From Flavobacteriales bacterium (lineage in GTDB: Bacteria; Bacteroidota; Bacteroidia; NS11-12g; UBA955), in assembly GCA_947463095.1 (NCBI GenBank), contig CANHRE010000002.1, forward strand, positions 42,056 through 106,055: a DNA stretch of 64,000 nucleotides. The letters are read 5' to 3'. This document shows, piece after piece, positions 1 through 9,733 of this stretch (within the stretch, counting starts at the first letter, position 1; each line of letters begins with the position of its first letter). The translations under genes were made by a program, and so were the position numbers. The notes under the pieces were generated by a model. It saw only the letters and a list, made by a program, of their open reading frames with translations, was not told where the DNA came from and did not search any database.

Positions 1-582
1 TCTGCCCAGGTTTTTCCGGCCTTCATCCAGCCTTGCCTGGAAACTCTTCACCGAAAAACCCGAGGCCTGCACATTCTTTACGCTGCTTTCTGCATCGGCT
101 TGGGCCATCTGGTATTGGGATTCTGCTGTTTCAAAGTCCTGTTGGCTGATTACCCTTTGCTGGTAGAGGCCCTGTTGTCTTTTGAAGATGTTCTCTGCCT
201 GGCGCAAAGCAGCCTGGCTTCGGGTGGCCAGAGCCTGTGCATTGGCAAATGCCGATCTGGCATTGTCAAGGCTTGCCTGAAGTTGATCCACGTTGGTGAG
301 GTACAGCTCGGGATTGATGCGCAGCAGCAATTGTCCCTGCACTACAGAATCGCCTTCGGCCACGTAAAGGTCTATAATCTGACCGCTTACATCAGCGCTG
401 ATTTTCACTTCTGTTTCCGGTTGGATTTTCCCGCTGGCTGACACCAATTCGGTGATGGTTCTGCGGGAGGCTTTTTCGGTGCTTACGCGCAATTCGGATT
501 TCTTTCCTCCAAAAATCCAGGTGAACAGCAGCAGCAATGCCGCAACAATTCCAATGATGATAAAAATTCTTTTTCTGGTCAT
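1..582 (-). CDS. HlyD-family efflux periplasmic adaptor (membrane fusion protein); start at 582, C-terminus runs off the window edge
   Basis: Minus-strand reading from ATG (rc of 580-582) gives MTRKRIFIIIGIVAALLLLF (N-terminal TM anchor) followed by coiled-coil-rich sequence typical of MacA/HlyD adaptors. It is open to position 1 with no stop. It is absent from the ORF track, probably because no stop codon lies in the window. It sits immediately downstream of the TolC-like gene. Confidence 0.7.
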   Translation of the reverse strand, partial: MTRKRIFIIIGIVAALLLLFTWIFGGKKSELRVSTEKASRRTITELVSASGKIQPETEVKISADVSGQIIDLYVAEGDSVVQGQLLLRINPELYLTNVDQLQASLDNARSAFANAQALATRSQAALRQAENIFKRQQGLYQQRVISQQDFETAESQYQMAQADAESSVKNVQASGFSVKSFQARLDEGRKNLGR

Positions 583-588
583 GTGTAC

Positions 589-2016
589 TCAGGGATTCAA
601 ATGAATTGGGGTTCCGCTATAAAAGTCAAGTATCATGCGGCGGAATATCCGCTCGTATTTGCTTTGGATGAGGCTGGATGCTGCCGAAAAACGGGCACTT
701 CGCGCAACCTGCAGCTCTGTGCTGTTGGCTTGTCCCGCCGAAAAGCGTTTTTCTAAATTACTCATGTTCAGGTCCTGGAAATTAAGGGCATCGGCATTGG
801 CAGCATAACGAAGGTAGGCTTGTCGGAATCCGGTATAGGCGTTAACAATGTCTGTATACAGTTGATAGCGAATGGCCGCCTCCTGAATCTGGGCACTTTG
901 CAGCGTCAGCCGTGCCTGTTGTATGCGGATATCAACGCTGCGCTTGCCGAAGATGGACCAGCTGATCTGCATGCCGGCACTTTGTCCCAGGTTTTCGCGG
1001 TATTGTTTTCCGAAGGGAATGGTTTGTAAGGTATAGGCTAAATCTACAGTCTCTACCACTTCGTTGGTGCCGTTGACAAATCCAATGGGTCGTGTTCCGA
1101 TAATGCGCGTGTTGGTGATGCTTTTGGCATTTTCCGAGTACAGGGTGGTCAGGTTTACGCCAGCATTGATGGAGGGATATCTTCCGGCATGAGATCCTTT
1201 CAAATTGTACGTGGCGCTCAACACCTTGTTGTGGGCCGAAGCAATTTCTGGACGGTTTTGCTGAGCAATTTGAAAAATACTGTCAGGGTGATAATCTTCT
1301 GGCTTTTCACTGCCCACCGGAAGGTTTGGTGCTATGACATCAAAATCGGCACCAAATGGCAGCAGCAGCATTGCGCGCAAACCAGCAAGCGACTGTTCGG
1401 CCTGATTTCCTGCAACCACTACGCTTACCTGTTCGGTACTCAATTGAGCCTGAAGGGTGAGCACTTGGGATTCAGCCACCGATCCTGCCATATACATCTT
1501 TTGCATTCGTTCCAATTGCTGGGCTGCACTGTTTCTGTTTTGTTCCGCAGTCAGTAGCAATTCTTTGGCCTGAAGGGCCTGTAGATACAAATTGGCCACT
1601 CTTAAGGAAATGTTATTGTTCACAGCTTTCTCATCGTCTGCTGAAGCGAGGAAGGCATAGCGCATCTGTTGGGTAGCGTAATGTAATTGCCTTCCGGCAA
1701 ACAAAACAGCATTGCTTTGAAGTCCAACGTTATTGCTGTAGATACGTGTTTGCGTAAAAGTGTTGGTAAACCGGTCAATGGAACGACCGTTTTGTAAAAA
1801 TTGTCCGGAGGAAAAACCTAAGTCAGGCCATTGATTCCATTTACTTTGTTCAAAATTGTTTTGCGATTGTTCCCGCGTTATGCTGGCCTGTACTACCTCC
1901 GGATTGTGCTGTAATGCATGATTGATGCACTCCTGCAAGGTCCATGAGGTCTGAGCCGGTAGCGCGTTCCAGCCCATAGGAAGGAGCAGCATGATGGATG
2001 CCAGCGCTTTATTCAT
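589..2016 (-). CDS. TolC-family outer membrane efflux protein
   Basis: 475 aa with signal peptide (MNKALASIMLLLPMGWNALPAQ). The length and two-repeat architecture are typical of outer membrane efflux proteins. It is co-oriented and near-overlapping with the downstream adaptor gene. Confidence 0.8.
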   Translation of the reverse strand: MNKALASIMLLLPMGWNALPAQTSWTLQECINHALQHNPEVVQASITREQSQNNFEQSKWNQWPDLGFSSGQFLQNGRSIDRFTNTFTQTRIYSNNVGLQSNAVLFAGRQLHYATQQMRYAFLASADDEKAVNNNISLRVANLYLQALQAKELLLTAEQNRNSAAQQLERMQKMYMAGSVAESQVLTLQAQLSTEQVSVVVAGNQAEQSLAGLRAMLLLPFGADFDVIAPNLPVGSEKPEDYHPDSIFQIAQQNRPEIASAHNKVLSATYNLKGSHAGRYPSINAGVNLTTLYSENAKSITNTRIIGTRPIGFVNGTNEVVETVDLAYTLQTIPFGKQYRENLGQSAGMQISWSIFGKRSVDIRIQQARLTLQSAQIQEAAIRYQLYTDIVNAYTGFRQAYLRYAANADALNFQDLNMSNLEKRFSAGQANSTELQVARSARFSAASSLIQSKYERIFRRMILDFYSGTPIHLNP

Positions 2017-2157
2017 GGCTCAAAAATACACCACAATGCACCTTGTGCCCTCATGTTACGATAATGATCAAATGATGAATTAGGATAGCCCCTTAGTTTC
2101 TGCCGCTTCTGAGAGGTTCGTGCGGTATATTCTGCAGAGTTTTACATATTTGCGCCC

Positions 2158-3393
2158 ATGGACCGCTTTACAGGGCTGCTTGGTATTTTCTTCATTCTGG
2201 GTTTGGCCTGGTTGATGAGCAACAACAAGAAAAGGGTTGATTATCGATTGGTAATCAGCGGCTTATTGCTGCAACTGGGCTTTGCGCTTTTTGTTCTTAA
2301 AACTTCTTTAGGGGAAACCATTTTCGCTTACCTGGGTAAAGGAATCAATAAGTTGCTGGAATTTTCCGATATGGGTGCTGATTTTGTATTCGGCCCTCTG
2401 GTAAGAACGGAGCTGATGAATTCGGTTTTTGGCCAGGGAACCATCTTCTTCTTTAAAATAATACCTACCATCATTTTCGTGGCGGTATTGGTGAATATTG
2501 CCTACCACATCGGCATTCTTCAGTTCTTCATTCGCTACTTTGCCCGCTTTGTGCACAAGGTGATGAGGGTGAGTGGCAGTGAGGCGCTCAGCAATGTAAG
2601 CAGCGCTTTTGTAGGTCAGGTGGAGGCACAGTTGCTCGTTAAGCCTTATGTGCGGGGCATGACCATGAGCGAATTGTTGTCCAGTATGAGTGGAAGCATG
2701 GCCTGCATCGCGGGAGGGGTGATGGCCTATTATATATCCACCGGTATTGACGCTCGGTTCTTGCTTACAGCCAGTTTAATGTCGGCACCTGCGGCTCTGG
2801 TGATTGCCAAAATAGTCTGGCCTGAAACCGAGGCCTCGGAAACCAAAGGCAAAGTTCAGCTGGAGGTTAAAAAACAACACGACAACTTGTTGGATGCTAT
2901 TGCGCACGGTGCTTCAGACGGCCTGAAAATCGGGCTGAATGTAATTGCCATGCTGATAGGATTTATTGCCTTGATTTATTTGGTAAATTACTTACTCGGT
3001 CTGCTGGGCAATTTGGTACATCAACCTTTGAGTCTGCAATGGATTCTGGGTTGGGTATTTTCCGGTTTTGCCTGGCTGATGGGTGTTCCAGCTTCCGAAA
3101 TCAACCAAGTTGGAAGTTTGATGGGTACCAAATTAGTGGTGAATGAATTTGTAGCCTATAAAGACCTACTTCCCATGATTCATCAGGGAACATTGTCTGC
3201 AAAGAGCATCGCCATTGCCACTTTCGCCTTGTGCGGATTTGCCAACTTCAGCAGCATCGCCATTCAGGTGGGGGGCATCGGGCAAATTGCTCCGGAGCGC
3301 CGATCCGATCTGGCAAAACTTGGTTTTCGGGCCTTGTTATGCGGCACTTTGGCCAATTACCTGAATGCGGCACTTGTGGGTATACTGCTCTGA
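2158..3393 (+). CDS. NupC/NupG-family concentrative nucleoside transporter
   Basis: 411 aa polytopic membrane protein. The N-terminus (MDRFTGLLGIFFILGLAW...) and overall layout match the CNT family. Confidence 0.85.
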   Translation: MDRFTGLLGIFFILGLAWLMSNNKKRVDYRLVISGLLLQLGFALFVLKTSLGETIFAYLGKGINKLLEFSDMGADFVFGPLVRTELMNSVFGQGTIFFFKIIPTIIFVAVLVNIAYHIGILQFFIRYFARFVHKVMRVSGSEALSNVSSAFVGQVEAQLLVKPYVRGMTMSELLSSMSGSMACIAGGVMAYYISTGIDARFLLTASLMSAPAALVIAKIVWPETEASETKGKVQLEVKKQHDNLLDAIAHGASDGLKIGLNVIAMLIGFIALIYLVNYLLGLLGNLVHQPLSLQWILGWVFSGFAWLMGVPASEINQVGSLMGTKLVVNEFVAYKDLLPMIHQGTLSAKSIAIATFALCGFANFSSIAIQVGGIGQIAPERRSDLAKLGFRALLCGTLANYLNAALVGILL

Positions 3394-3426
3394 ACCATTC
3401 TGCGTTTGGCTTGTTAAAAAATGGGT

Positions 3427-3981
3427 ATGAAAATTTACACCCGTAAGGGAGATGACGGCACCACCGGACTGATAGGCGGTGAACGAGTGAAGAAGCACCA
3501 TCTGCGTGTAGAAGCTTATGGAACGGTAGACGAACTGAATTCCCACATAGGGCTGCTGCGTTCATTCAGTGCAGATGAAGGGGTAATGCACGTATTGTCT
3601 GAAATTCAAAATAATCTGTTCACTGCAGGATCCACCCTGGCAACTTCCTCAAATTCCGATTTTGTCATACCTGGTTTAGAAGATTCCGATGTTGACTTAC
3701 TGGAGCGAGCTATTGATCAAATGGACGCTAAGCTCCCAGAATTGAAAAACTTTATCCTTCCAGGGGGGTCAACTGAAGGCGCTCATGCCCACATTGCACG
3801 ATGTGTATGTCGCCGCGCAGAGCGCCTGGTAGTATACCTAAATGAAGAAGATTCAGTGGCAGCGGTAATCATTCAATACCTCAACCGACTGAGCGATTAC
3901 CTGTTTACCTTAGCCCGCTATTTAGACCTCAGCAAAGGCGGAGCCGAGATTACATGGTCTCCCCGCGGTCATAAGAATTAA
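3427..3981 (+). CDS. PduO-type ATP:cob(I)alamin adenosyltransferase
   Basis: MKIYTRKGDDGTTGL... is the hallmark N-terminus of PduO-type adenosyltransferases, and the ~185 aa size fits. The ORF track offers a start two codons upstream (3421). Confidence 0.85.
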   Translation: MKIYTRKGDDGTTGLIGGERVKKHHLRVEAYGTVDELNSHIGLLRSFSADEGVMHVLSEIQNNLFTAGSTLATSSNSDFVIPGLEDSDVDLLERAIDQMDAKLPELKNFILPGGSTEGAHAHIARCVCRRAERLVVYLNEEDSVAAVIIQYLNRLSDYLFTLARYLDLSKGGAEITWSPRGHKN

Positions 3982-4032
3982 AGCAACCAGGGGAAGGTTC
4001 CCTGTCCTCATAACCAGTGGATCAACCCTTCC

Positions 4033-4752
4033 TCAGTATGAGGATGGGTTGGTTTGGCGGTTCATGTTCATTTTCATGTCCTGAGCAAGCATGAAATCAG
4101 GCTTTAGCTCCAGGCAGCGATCAATCATTTTCATAGCCAGGGCGCGTTCGCCGTTCATTAGCACCAGATAGCTTTTCAGATAGGTGAATGCAGCTTCTAC
4201 AGGTATTTGCTGCTGGATGTTGGCTTCTGCTACTTCAATGCGCACATTGCCAGAAGGAATCGGATTAAGCTTCAGCAGGGAAACCACCATAGAGTCGGCC
4301 TTTACAACCCGACCGGTAAGGATGTGGGTAGCTGCAATGTTGTACAGGTAGGTATAATCTTTAGTTCTGGACCACAGTTTCTCAAAACGGGCAATTCCGG
4401 CTGAGTCTCGCTGTTGCTGAATATCCACCTTGGCCTTCAACTCGTTCATGCCAATATCTTCAGGCTTTTGTTTCAGGCTGATGTTTACGTAGTAATCCGC
4501 AGCTTTTGGGTTTTGAGTATAGAAATAGTAGTAGTAAGCCAAACTATCGTTTACCCACGACGCTGAAGAGTCCAATACGGCAATGCGGTGCAGGGCCGTG
4601 ATACAGGTACCCCTGTCACCCACCTTTCGGGCATTTTCAAACACTTTTTGTTCATATCCGGCCTTGCCTTGTTCCTGGCGGTTTTGATTGCAGGAAATGA
4701 AAGTTGCTGCTCCAATGGTAAAGAGCACGAAAGTTTTAATGGATGAATTCAC
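4033..4752 (-). CDS. hypothetical lipoprotein
   Basis: 239 aa with a signal peptide followed by Cys (FISCNQN). No recognisable catalytic motif. Confidence 0.5.
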   Translation of the reverse strand: MNSSIKTFVLFTIGAATFISCNQNRQEQGKAGYEQKVFENARKVGDRGTCITALHRIAVLDSSASWVNDSLAYYYYFYTQNPKAADYYVNISLKQKPEDIGMNELKAKVDIQQQRDSAGIARFEKLWSRTKDYTYLYNIAATHILTGRVVKADSMVVSLLKLNPIPSGNVRIEVAEANIQQQIPVEAAFTYLKSYLVLMNGERALAMKMIDRCLELKPDFMLAQDMKMNMNRQTNPSSY

Positions 4753-4825
4753 TGTTTAAGTATTTTTTTATAGGTTAATTGGTAAATTTGCTTGCTTCAA
4801 ACTTCGGCGAAGATAATCTAGCTGC

Positions 4826-7800
4826 ATGTACAAGTCGGTTCGTATTGTTTTGTTTTTTTTCTCAGGCATGCTGTTTGGAAATCAGTTATATGCCCAATGC
4901 GGAGTGACTATTACTGCCGATAAGAGCCAGGTATGTGTTCCGGGTATTGTTAAGCTGAAGGTAAGCGGCTGCCTCACTTGTTTGGGTTATGATTGGGATG
5001 TGGGCAATGGGTTTGTGCCGGGCAAGGATACTTTTTCGGTGCTTGTGGGTAAGTCTGGATCCTATTCCGTTACCGTTCGTTTGCGATTGCTTGGCGGAGG
5101 AACCTGTACCCAGGTTAGTAAAAACCTGTTTGTGGGGGTAAACACTCCAGCGCCCAAACTTGTTGCCAGTTCGAAAGTGCAGTGCTTCGGTAAAGACAGC
5201 ATTGACCTAAAAGATATCACCATAGGTTCGGCCACCCGGGATTGGTTTGTTGATGGAAAAACATACCGCAAAGGGCCAAAAACTCTGAGGGTGCGATTTA
5301 GTCGGCCCACCGGATATAAAGGTGTTTTTCTGGTTGTTACCGATTCAAATGGCTGTTCGGGGTCCAAGTTTATTGATTCTGCAGTGGGTGTATTTGATTC
5401 CGTTAAAGTAAGTTATCAAGCGGATGTGGTCAAAGGTTGCGTACCCAAGGCTGTGCAGTTTAGCTATAAAATTGATTCTCTAGGCGTTAGGCTGGATTCT
5501 CTGAAATGGAATTTTGGTCGTAAGGGACCTGCGCCCTACAATGGTCGGGCATTCCCTAAGGTAACCTACACCCAGGCTGATAGCCATCGGGTAACATTTA
5601 CCATAGTTACCAAACCCGGTTGTCGCTACAGTTTCCCTGATAGCAATTTACTGAACTTTGGAGACCCCTCCAGCCTTACAGTCAGTTCAGGGTTCAAAAC
5701 ACTTTGTGTAAACGGGAAAACAAGCATCACGGCTAACGGCAGAACTGGCTACCCCATGGAATGGAGCTGGATTCCGCAGGCTTCACAAATTGATTCAGGC
5801 GGTCCCCTTACACGCAGTTTTAGTTTCCCCGATACCGGTTTGTATCAGTTGAAGTTGCGACAGGTTCACCTGGGTTGTGTATCAGAGCGCACCATTCCCA
5901 ACTTGGTGACCGTGCAGGGACCAAAAGTGAGCATCGGGGTAAAAACGCCTTCATACTGCAGTATTCCCGATACGCTGGAAGTAACGAATCTCACCGCAGA
6001 GCCTAAAGGATTTACCACTACCTGGAAATGGACCGTAACAGATGAGTTTGCTGTTACAACAACGACCTCCACCCAAAAAGAACTTGTTTGGTACCCATCT
6101 AAGCAGTCGGATTTTGATGTGAAGCTGGTTGCGGTAAGTACCAATGGATGTCGTGATTCCATGCTGGCCAAGCGCGCGGTACTGTCAGACAGTATTTATG
6201 TGCCGGCACAAATTACACCTTCTACGGTGTGCCCCGGCCAGAAAGTAAACATCACTCCTGACGAAAGCGGCATACGCGCACGTTACGGCTATACCTATAA
6301 GTGGCAGATTACAGACAGGAAAGGAAAGGTACTTGGTACTTCCTCCGGGAAATCTACCAATTTTTCAAGCAAGGATACAGGCAAGTTTACTGTGCGTATG
6401 ATTGTTTTTGATGGAAAGAGCTGTTACGACACACTGCTGTTAAAAGATACCATCAAGGTTTATTATCCGAAAACAACATTGAGCATTGCCGATTCGGTAG
6501 TGTGTCGCAACACATTAGCGGTGTTTTATTCCAGGCAGGTAAATGGTTCTCCAACATCCAGGCAATGGTGGGAAGTGTACAACCTTGATTCCGGTGGCTT
6601 GCGTATTTCTTCAGGCCGCGACAGCGTAAAAATGCAGATGACCCTGAACGGAAGGCATAAACTGCAGTATGTGTATTCGGATACATCCAATGGGGGCTGT
6701 GCATTCAAACTCTGGTATCCCGGACTGCTTTACGTAAATGGTCCGGTCCTTTCCATCACCGCAGATCCTTACGAAGATTGTGCTCCTCTGAAAACTTGGC
6801 TGAAAGGGAAGGTGCTCGCAGATCCAGACTTTGAATCCAAAAAAGCTGTGCCGAAACATAGTTGGAGCGGTTACCTTCAGGGACAGTCCGTGATTGACTC
6901 GCCCTTTCTGTTAACCACCAGGGCTACCGTGTTCAAAGGCAAACAATTTTTTAACCTGAGGTACCGCGGCCGAAGTGGATGCCTGGACTCCTCCATTTAC
7001 ATTACTACCTATGGAGGCATTTCCAGTGGCTTTGTTGTTGGTGGTACAACAAGATGCCCCAGGGATACGTATCCTGTTATTAATAATTCCAGTAAAATAG
7101 CTACCCACTTTAAGTGGATAGGGGCAAGCCAGGGTGTAAAGTTTATCCCGACAGATACTTCCAGAACTCCAAGATTGGTGTTTCCCAAAGCCGGGCTGTA
7201 TCAGCTCGCCCTCATTGTATTTAAAGGGAACGATTGTTCGGATACCTTCAACTACCCCATTGAAATGGACTCCGTTAAAGCCAACTTCTTTACCAAAGAT
7301 ACAGTGGCTTACTGCGCTCCTAAAATGGTGGAACTAAACAATACCAGTTGGCGCGCTGTCAGAAGCTTCTGGACATTTGGGAACGATCCTTCCATCACCA
7401 TTTCACTGAACAATAAAACCGCACAAAAGGTATTTAACCTGAATAACCCCAAAGGAATTGATGTAAAACTGGTGGCCCAGTCCAAATATGGCTGTAGGGA
7501 TTCTATGACCAGGACAAGATACATCAAGGTGGTTGGTCCTGTGGCAGACCTACGCATGCAGAATACAAAAGGCTGCGAACCCTTAAAGGTGTATTTCAAC
7601 AACAACAGTTCATTCTACAGCCGTTATTACCTTGATTACGGCGATGGTATTGTGCGCGATTCCTCAGGTTCCGGTTCCCATACCTACCTGGTCGGAAACA
7701 AGGCGCTGCCTTATCAGGCTTATTATCCGTCCATTGCGCTGTATGATTCCCTGGGCTGTTTCGTATATGCGAGATGCCCTGATTCGGTTGTGGTAATATC

Positions 7801-9709
7801 TGGTTCTGAAGCCTCTTTTACTGTTGATAAAACCCAGATTTGTCTGCCTGAGTTGTCCAGGTTTACCAGTAGATCCCAGTTCTGGAAAAACCTCTATTGG
7901 GATTTTGAAGCAGATGGTGTGGTGGATCAAACCAGTACCGACCCACAGTGGCAGTATGGTCCGGGTTTCTGGCGGCCCCGTTTGATTGCGGAAAACGAAA
8001 ATGGATGTCGCGATACGTATCAACTACCCAAACCAATAAGGGTTTTTGCAGGGCCGGCAGTAAATATTAAAGCATCAGACGACACCGTTTGCTTTGCGTC
8101 GCCGATTTACTTTAGTGCCCAGGTTCAGGGAAGTTCCGGTATTCGAAGTTATCAGTGGGATTTCGGCGATGAAACCTCCCTAACAGATTTCAGTAATAAG
8201 TCCATAGGTCAATGGGCCTATCAAACGGCATATCAGAAATTGGTTAGCCTGAGCGTTACTGATAGCAATAATTGCGCCGCCTCTGCGGTGAAATCTGTGT
8301 ATATCAGAGATACCATTCCTCCTGTTAATCCCGGAATGTCTTTCATCAGTGTGCTGCCTGATAACAGAAGTGTGGGCCTTTACTGGTATTCTTATCGCGA
8401 CAGGGATTTTTATCGCTACCACCTGAACCAGGACAGCGCCGGATATTACCTGTTGTCTTCACTGAAGAACAAGCTGGATACATCCTATATCTTGGTGCGC
8501 GGAGATTCCTTGTCGGCGCAAAGTGTTTGTTATGCAGTTCAGGTTGAAGACAGTTGCAAGATTAAGGGGAGTTATGGTGTGTCGCATTGCACCATCAGGG
8601 CTTCAGTTGGGCGTCCAAACGGGAAACCTTATGCGCTGGAGCTGAAGTGGACACCCTACAAAGGATGGCTTGATCTTCAGTATTACGAAATATATCGCGC
8701 TAAAAATGGCGGTCCATTTTTACTGCACAGGCAAACTAAACCCTGGGAACTGAGCATGTTGGATACCCTGCTTTGTGATGAGCCGTTCTGTTATTATGTA
8801 GTAGGGGTAAGTAAAAGCGGTCTGCGCTCGCGCAGCAATTCCACCTGCGGCAAGCCATGGTATTATGTGCCTTTTTCAGTGGTGCCGATGCAGTTGGCCA
8901 CAGTAGAGCAGTCCAATTATGTTGCGTTGGAGTGGGATCATGGACCGGAGTACTATTCTGGATTGACCTATTTGATTGCCAGGCAGCAGGGGAGTAACTG
9001 GACACCCATTGGCTCTACCAAACAGAATATTTTTTACGATTATGCTGCGCCTGTGAACCGCGAGTCGGTGCGTTACTCCTTAGGGTATAAGGATCACTGC
9101 GGTGCAGTTTCCGCCTGGGGCCCATTTGCTGCCACCATTTTTGCGGGTGGTTTCATGCAGAACGATGCGGCACAAATAACCTGGACGCCCTATGAACAGT
9201 GGCCGGAAGGAATCAGGGAATATCAGGTTCAGCGCAAGGATGTGAACGGCGAATTTCAATCACTGTTAAGTGTACCACCTACTGTGCTAAACTGGAAGGA
9301 TAAACAGGCGCTGAGCGTGAACAACGATACGCTGCGCTACAGAGTTATTGCTATTCGCGCATCCGGAAGGGCGGATACCTCCATCAGCAACCATGTGAAA
9401 CTGGTGCCCAATGCGCGTATGTATGTGCCTAATGCTTTTACACCAAATGGGGATGGTCGAAATGATTTATTTTATGCCATCTCTATGTACATCGTTAAAG
9501 AGCGATTAAATCCGGCGAAGCAATTTCAGATGCGTATCTATTCGCGATGGGGCGAGTTGTTATTTGAAGGAACCAAACCAGACGATGCCTGGGATGGTAC
9601 TTATCAGGGTAAGGCCTGTCCTGACGGGCTCTATGTTTTTCAGATCAGAGGAATAGGTTATGACGGGAAACTATTTGTGTTCCAGGACAACCTTACCCTG
9701 ATGCGCTGA
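4826..9709 (+). CDS. large secreted PKD/Ig-like repeat protein with T9SS type-B C-terminal sorting domain
   Basis: 1627 aa with an N-terminal signal peptide and many ~90-aa beta-sandwich repeats with conserved Cys and Gly. The C-terminus, YVPNAFTPNGDGRNDLFYA...GKACPDGLYVFQIRG, is the gliding-motility-associated C-terminal (type B) domain. Confidence 0.8.
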   Translation: MYKSVRIVLFFFSGMLFGNQLYAQCGVTITADKSQVCVPGIVKLKVSGCLTCLGYDWDVGNGFVPGKDTFSVLVGKSGSYSVTVRLRLLGGGTCTQVSKNLFVGVNTPAPKLVASSKVQCFGKDSIDLKDITIGSATRDWFVDGKTYRKGPKTLRVRFSRPTGYKGVFLVVTDSNGCSGSKFIDSAVGVFDSVKVSYQADVVKGCVPKAVQFSYKIDSLGVRLDSLKWNFGRKGPAPYNGRAFPKVTYTQADSHRVTFTIVTKPGCRYSFPDSNLLNFGDPSSLTVSSGFKTLCVNGKTSITANGRTGYPMEWSWIPQASQIDSGGPLTRSFSFPDTGLYQLKLRQVHLGCVSERTIPNLVTVQGPKVSIGVKTPSYCSIPDTLEVTNLTAEPKGFTTTWKWTVTDEFAVTTTTSTQKELVWYPSKQSDFDVKLVAVSTNGCRDSMLAKRAVLSDSIYVPAQITPSTVCPGQKVNITPDESGIRARYGYTYKWQITDRKGKVLGTSSGKSTNFSSKDTGKFTVRMIVFDGKSCYDTLLLKDTIKVYYPKTTLSIADSVVCRNTLAVFYSRQVNGSPTSRQWWEVYNLDSGGLRISSGRDSVKMQMTLNGRHKLQYVYSDTSNGGCAFKLWYPGLLYVNGPVLSITADPYEDCAPLKTWLKGKVLADPDFESKKAVPKHSWSGYLQGQSVIDSPFLLTTRATVFKGKQFFNLRYRGRSGCLDSSIYITTYGGISSGFVVGGTTRCPRDTYPVINNSSKIATHFKWIGASQGVKFIPTDTSRTPRLVFPKAGLYQLALIVFKGNDCSDTFNYPIEMDSVKANFFTKDTVAYCAPKMVELNNTSWRAVRSFWTFGNDPSITISLNNKTAQKVFNLNNPKGIDVKLVAQSKYGCRDSMTRTRYIKVVGPVADLRMQNTKGCEPLKVYFNNNSSFYSRYYLDYGDGIVRDSSGSGSHTYLVGNKALPYQAYYPSIALYDSLGCFVYARCPDSVVVISGSEASFTVDKTQICLPELSRFTSRSQFWKNLYWDFEADGVVDQTSTDPQWQYGPGFWRPRLIAENENGCRDTYQLPKPIRVFAGPAVNIKASDDTVCFASPIYFSAQVQGSSGIRSYQWDFGDETSLTDFSNKSIGQWAYQTAYQKLVSLSVTDSNNCAASAVKSVYIRDTIPPVNPGMSFISVLPDNRSVGLYWYSYRDRDFYRYHLNQDSAGYYLLSSLKNKLDTSYILVRGDSLSAQSVCYAVQVEDSCKIKGSYGVSHCTIRASVGRPNGKPYALELKWTPYKGWLDLQYYEIYRAKNGGPFLLHRQTKPWELSMLDTLLCDEPFCYYVVGVSKSGLRSRSNSTCGKPWYYVPFSVVPMQLATVEQSNYVALEWDHGPEYYSGLTYLIARQQGSNWTPIGSTKQNIFYDYAAPVNRESVRYSLGYKDHCGAVSAWGPFAATIFAGGFMQNDAAQITWTPYEQWPEGIREYQVQRKDVNGEFQSLLSVPPTVLNWKDKQALSVNNDTLRYRVIAIRASGRADTSISNHVKLVPNARMYVPNAFTPNGDGRNDLFYAISMYIVKERLNPAKQFQMRIYSRWGELLFEGTKPDDAWDGTYQGKACPDGLYVFQIRGIGYDGKLFVFQDNLTLMR

Positions 9710-9733
9710 TTCATTTGCTATTTTTGCCGCCAT

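Noticed and set aside
100-441. 113-aa plus-strand ORF at the window start
   Set aside because: Lies entirely antisense to the well-supported HlyD adaptor reading frame. Low-complexity Leu/Ala/Cys-rich translation with no signal of function.
4024-4050. Hairpin AACCCTTCCTCA-GTA-TGAGGATGGGTT between convergent genes
   Set aside because: Overlaps the last codons of the 4033-4752 gene and lacks a flanking T-run. Possibly a weak bidirectional terminator, not confident enough to list.
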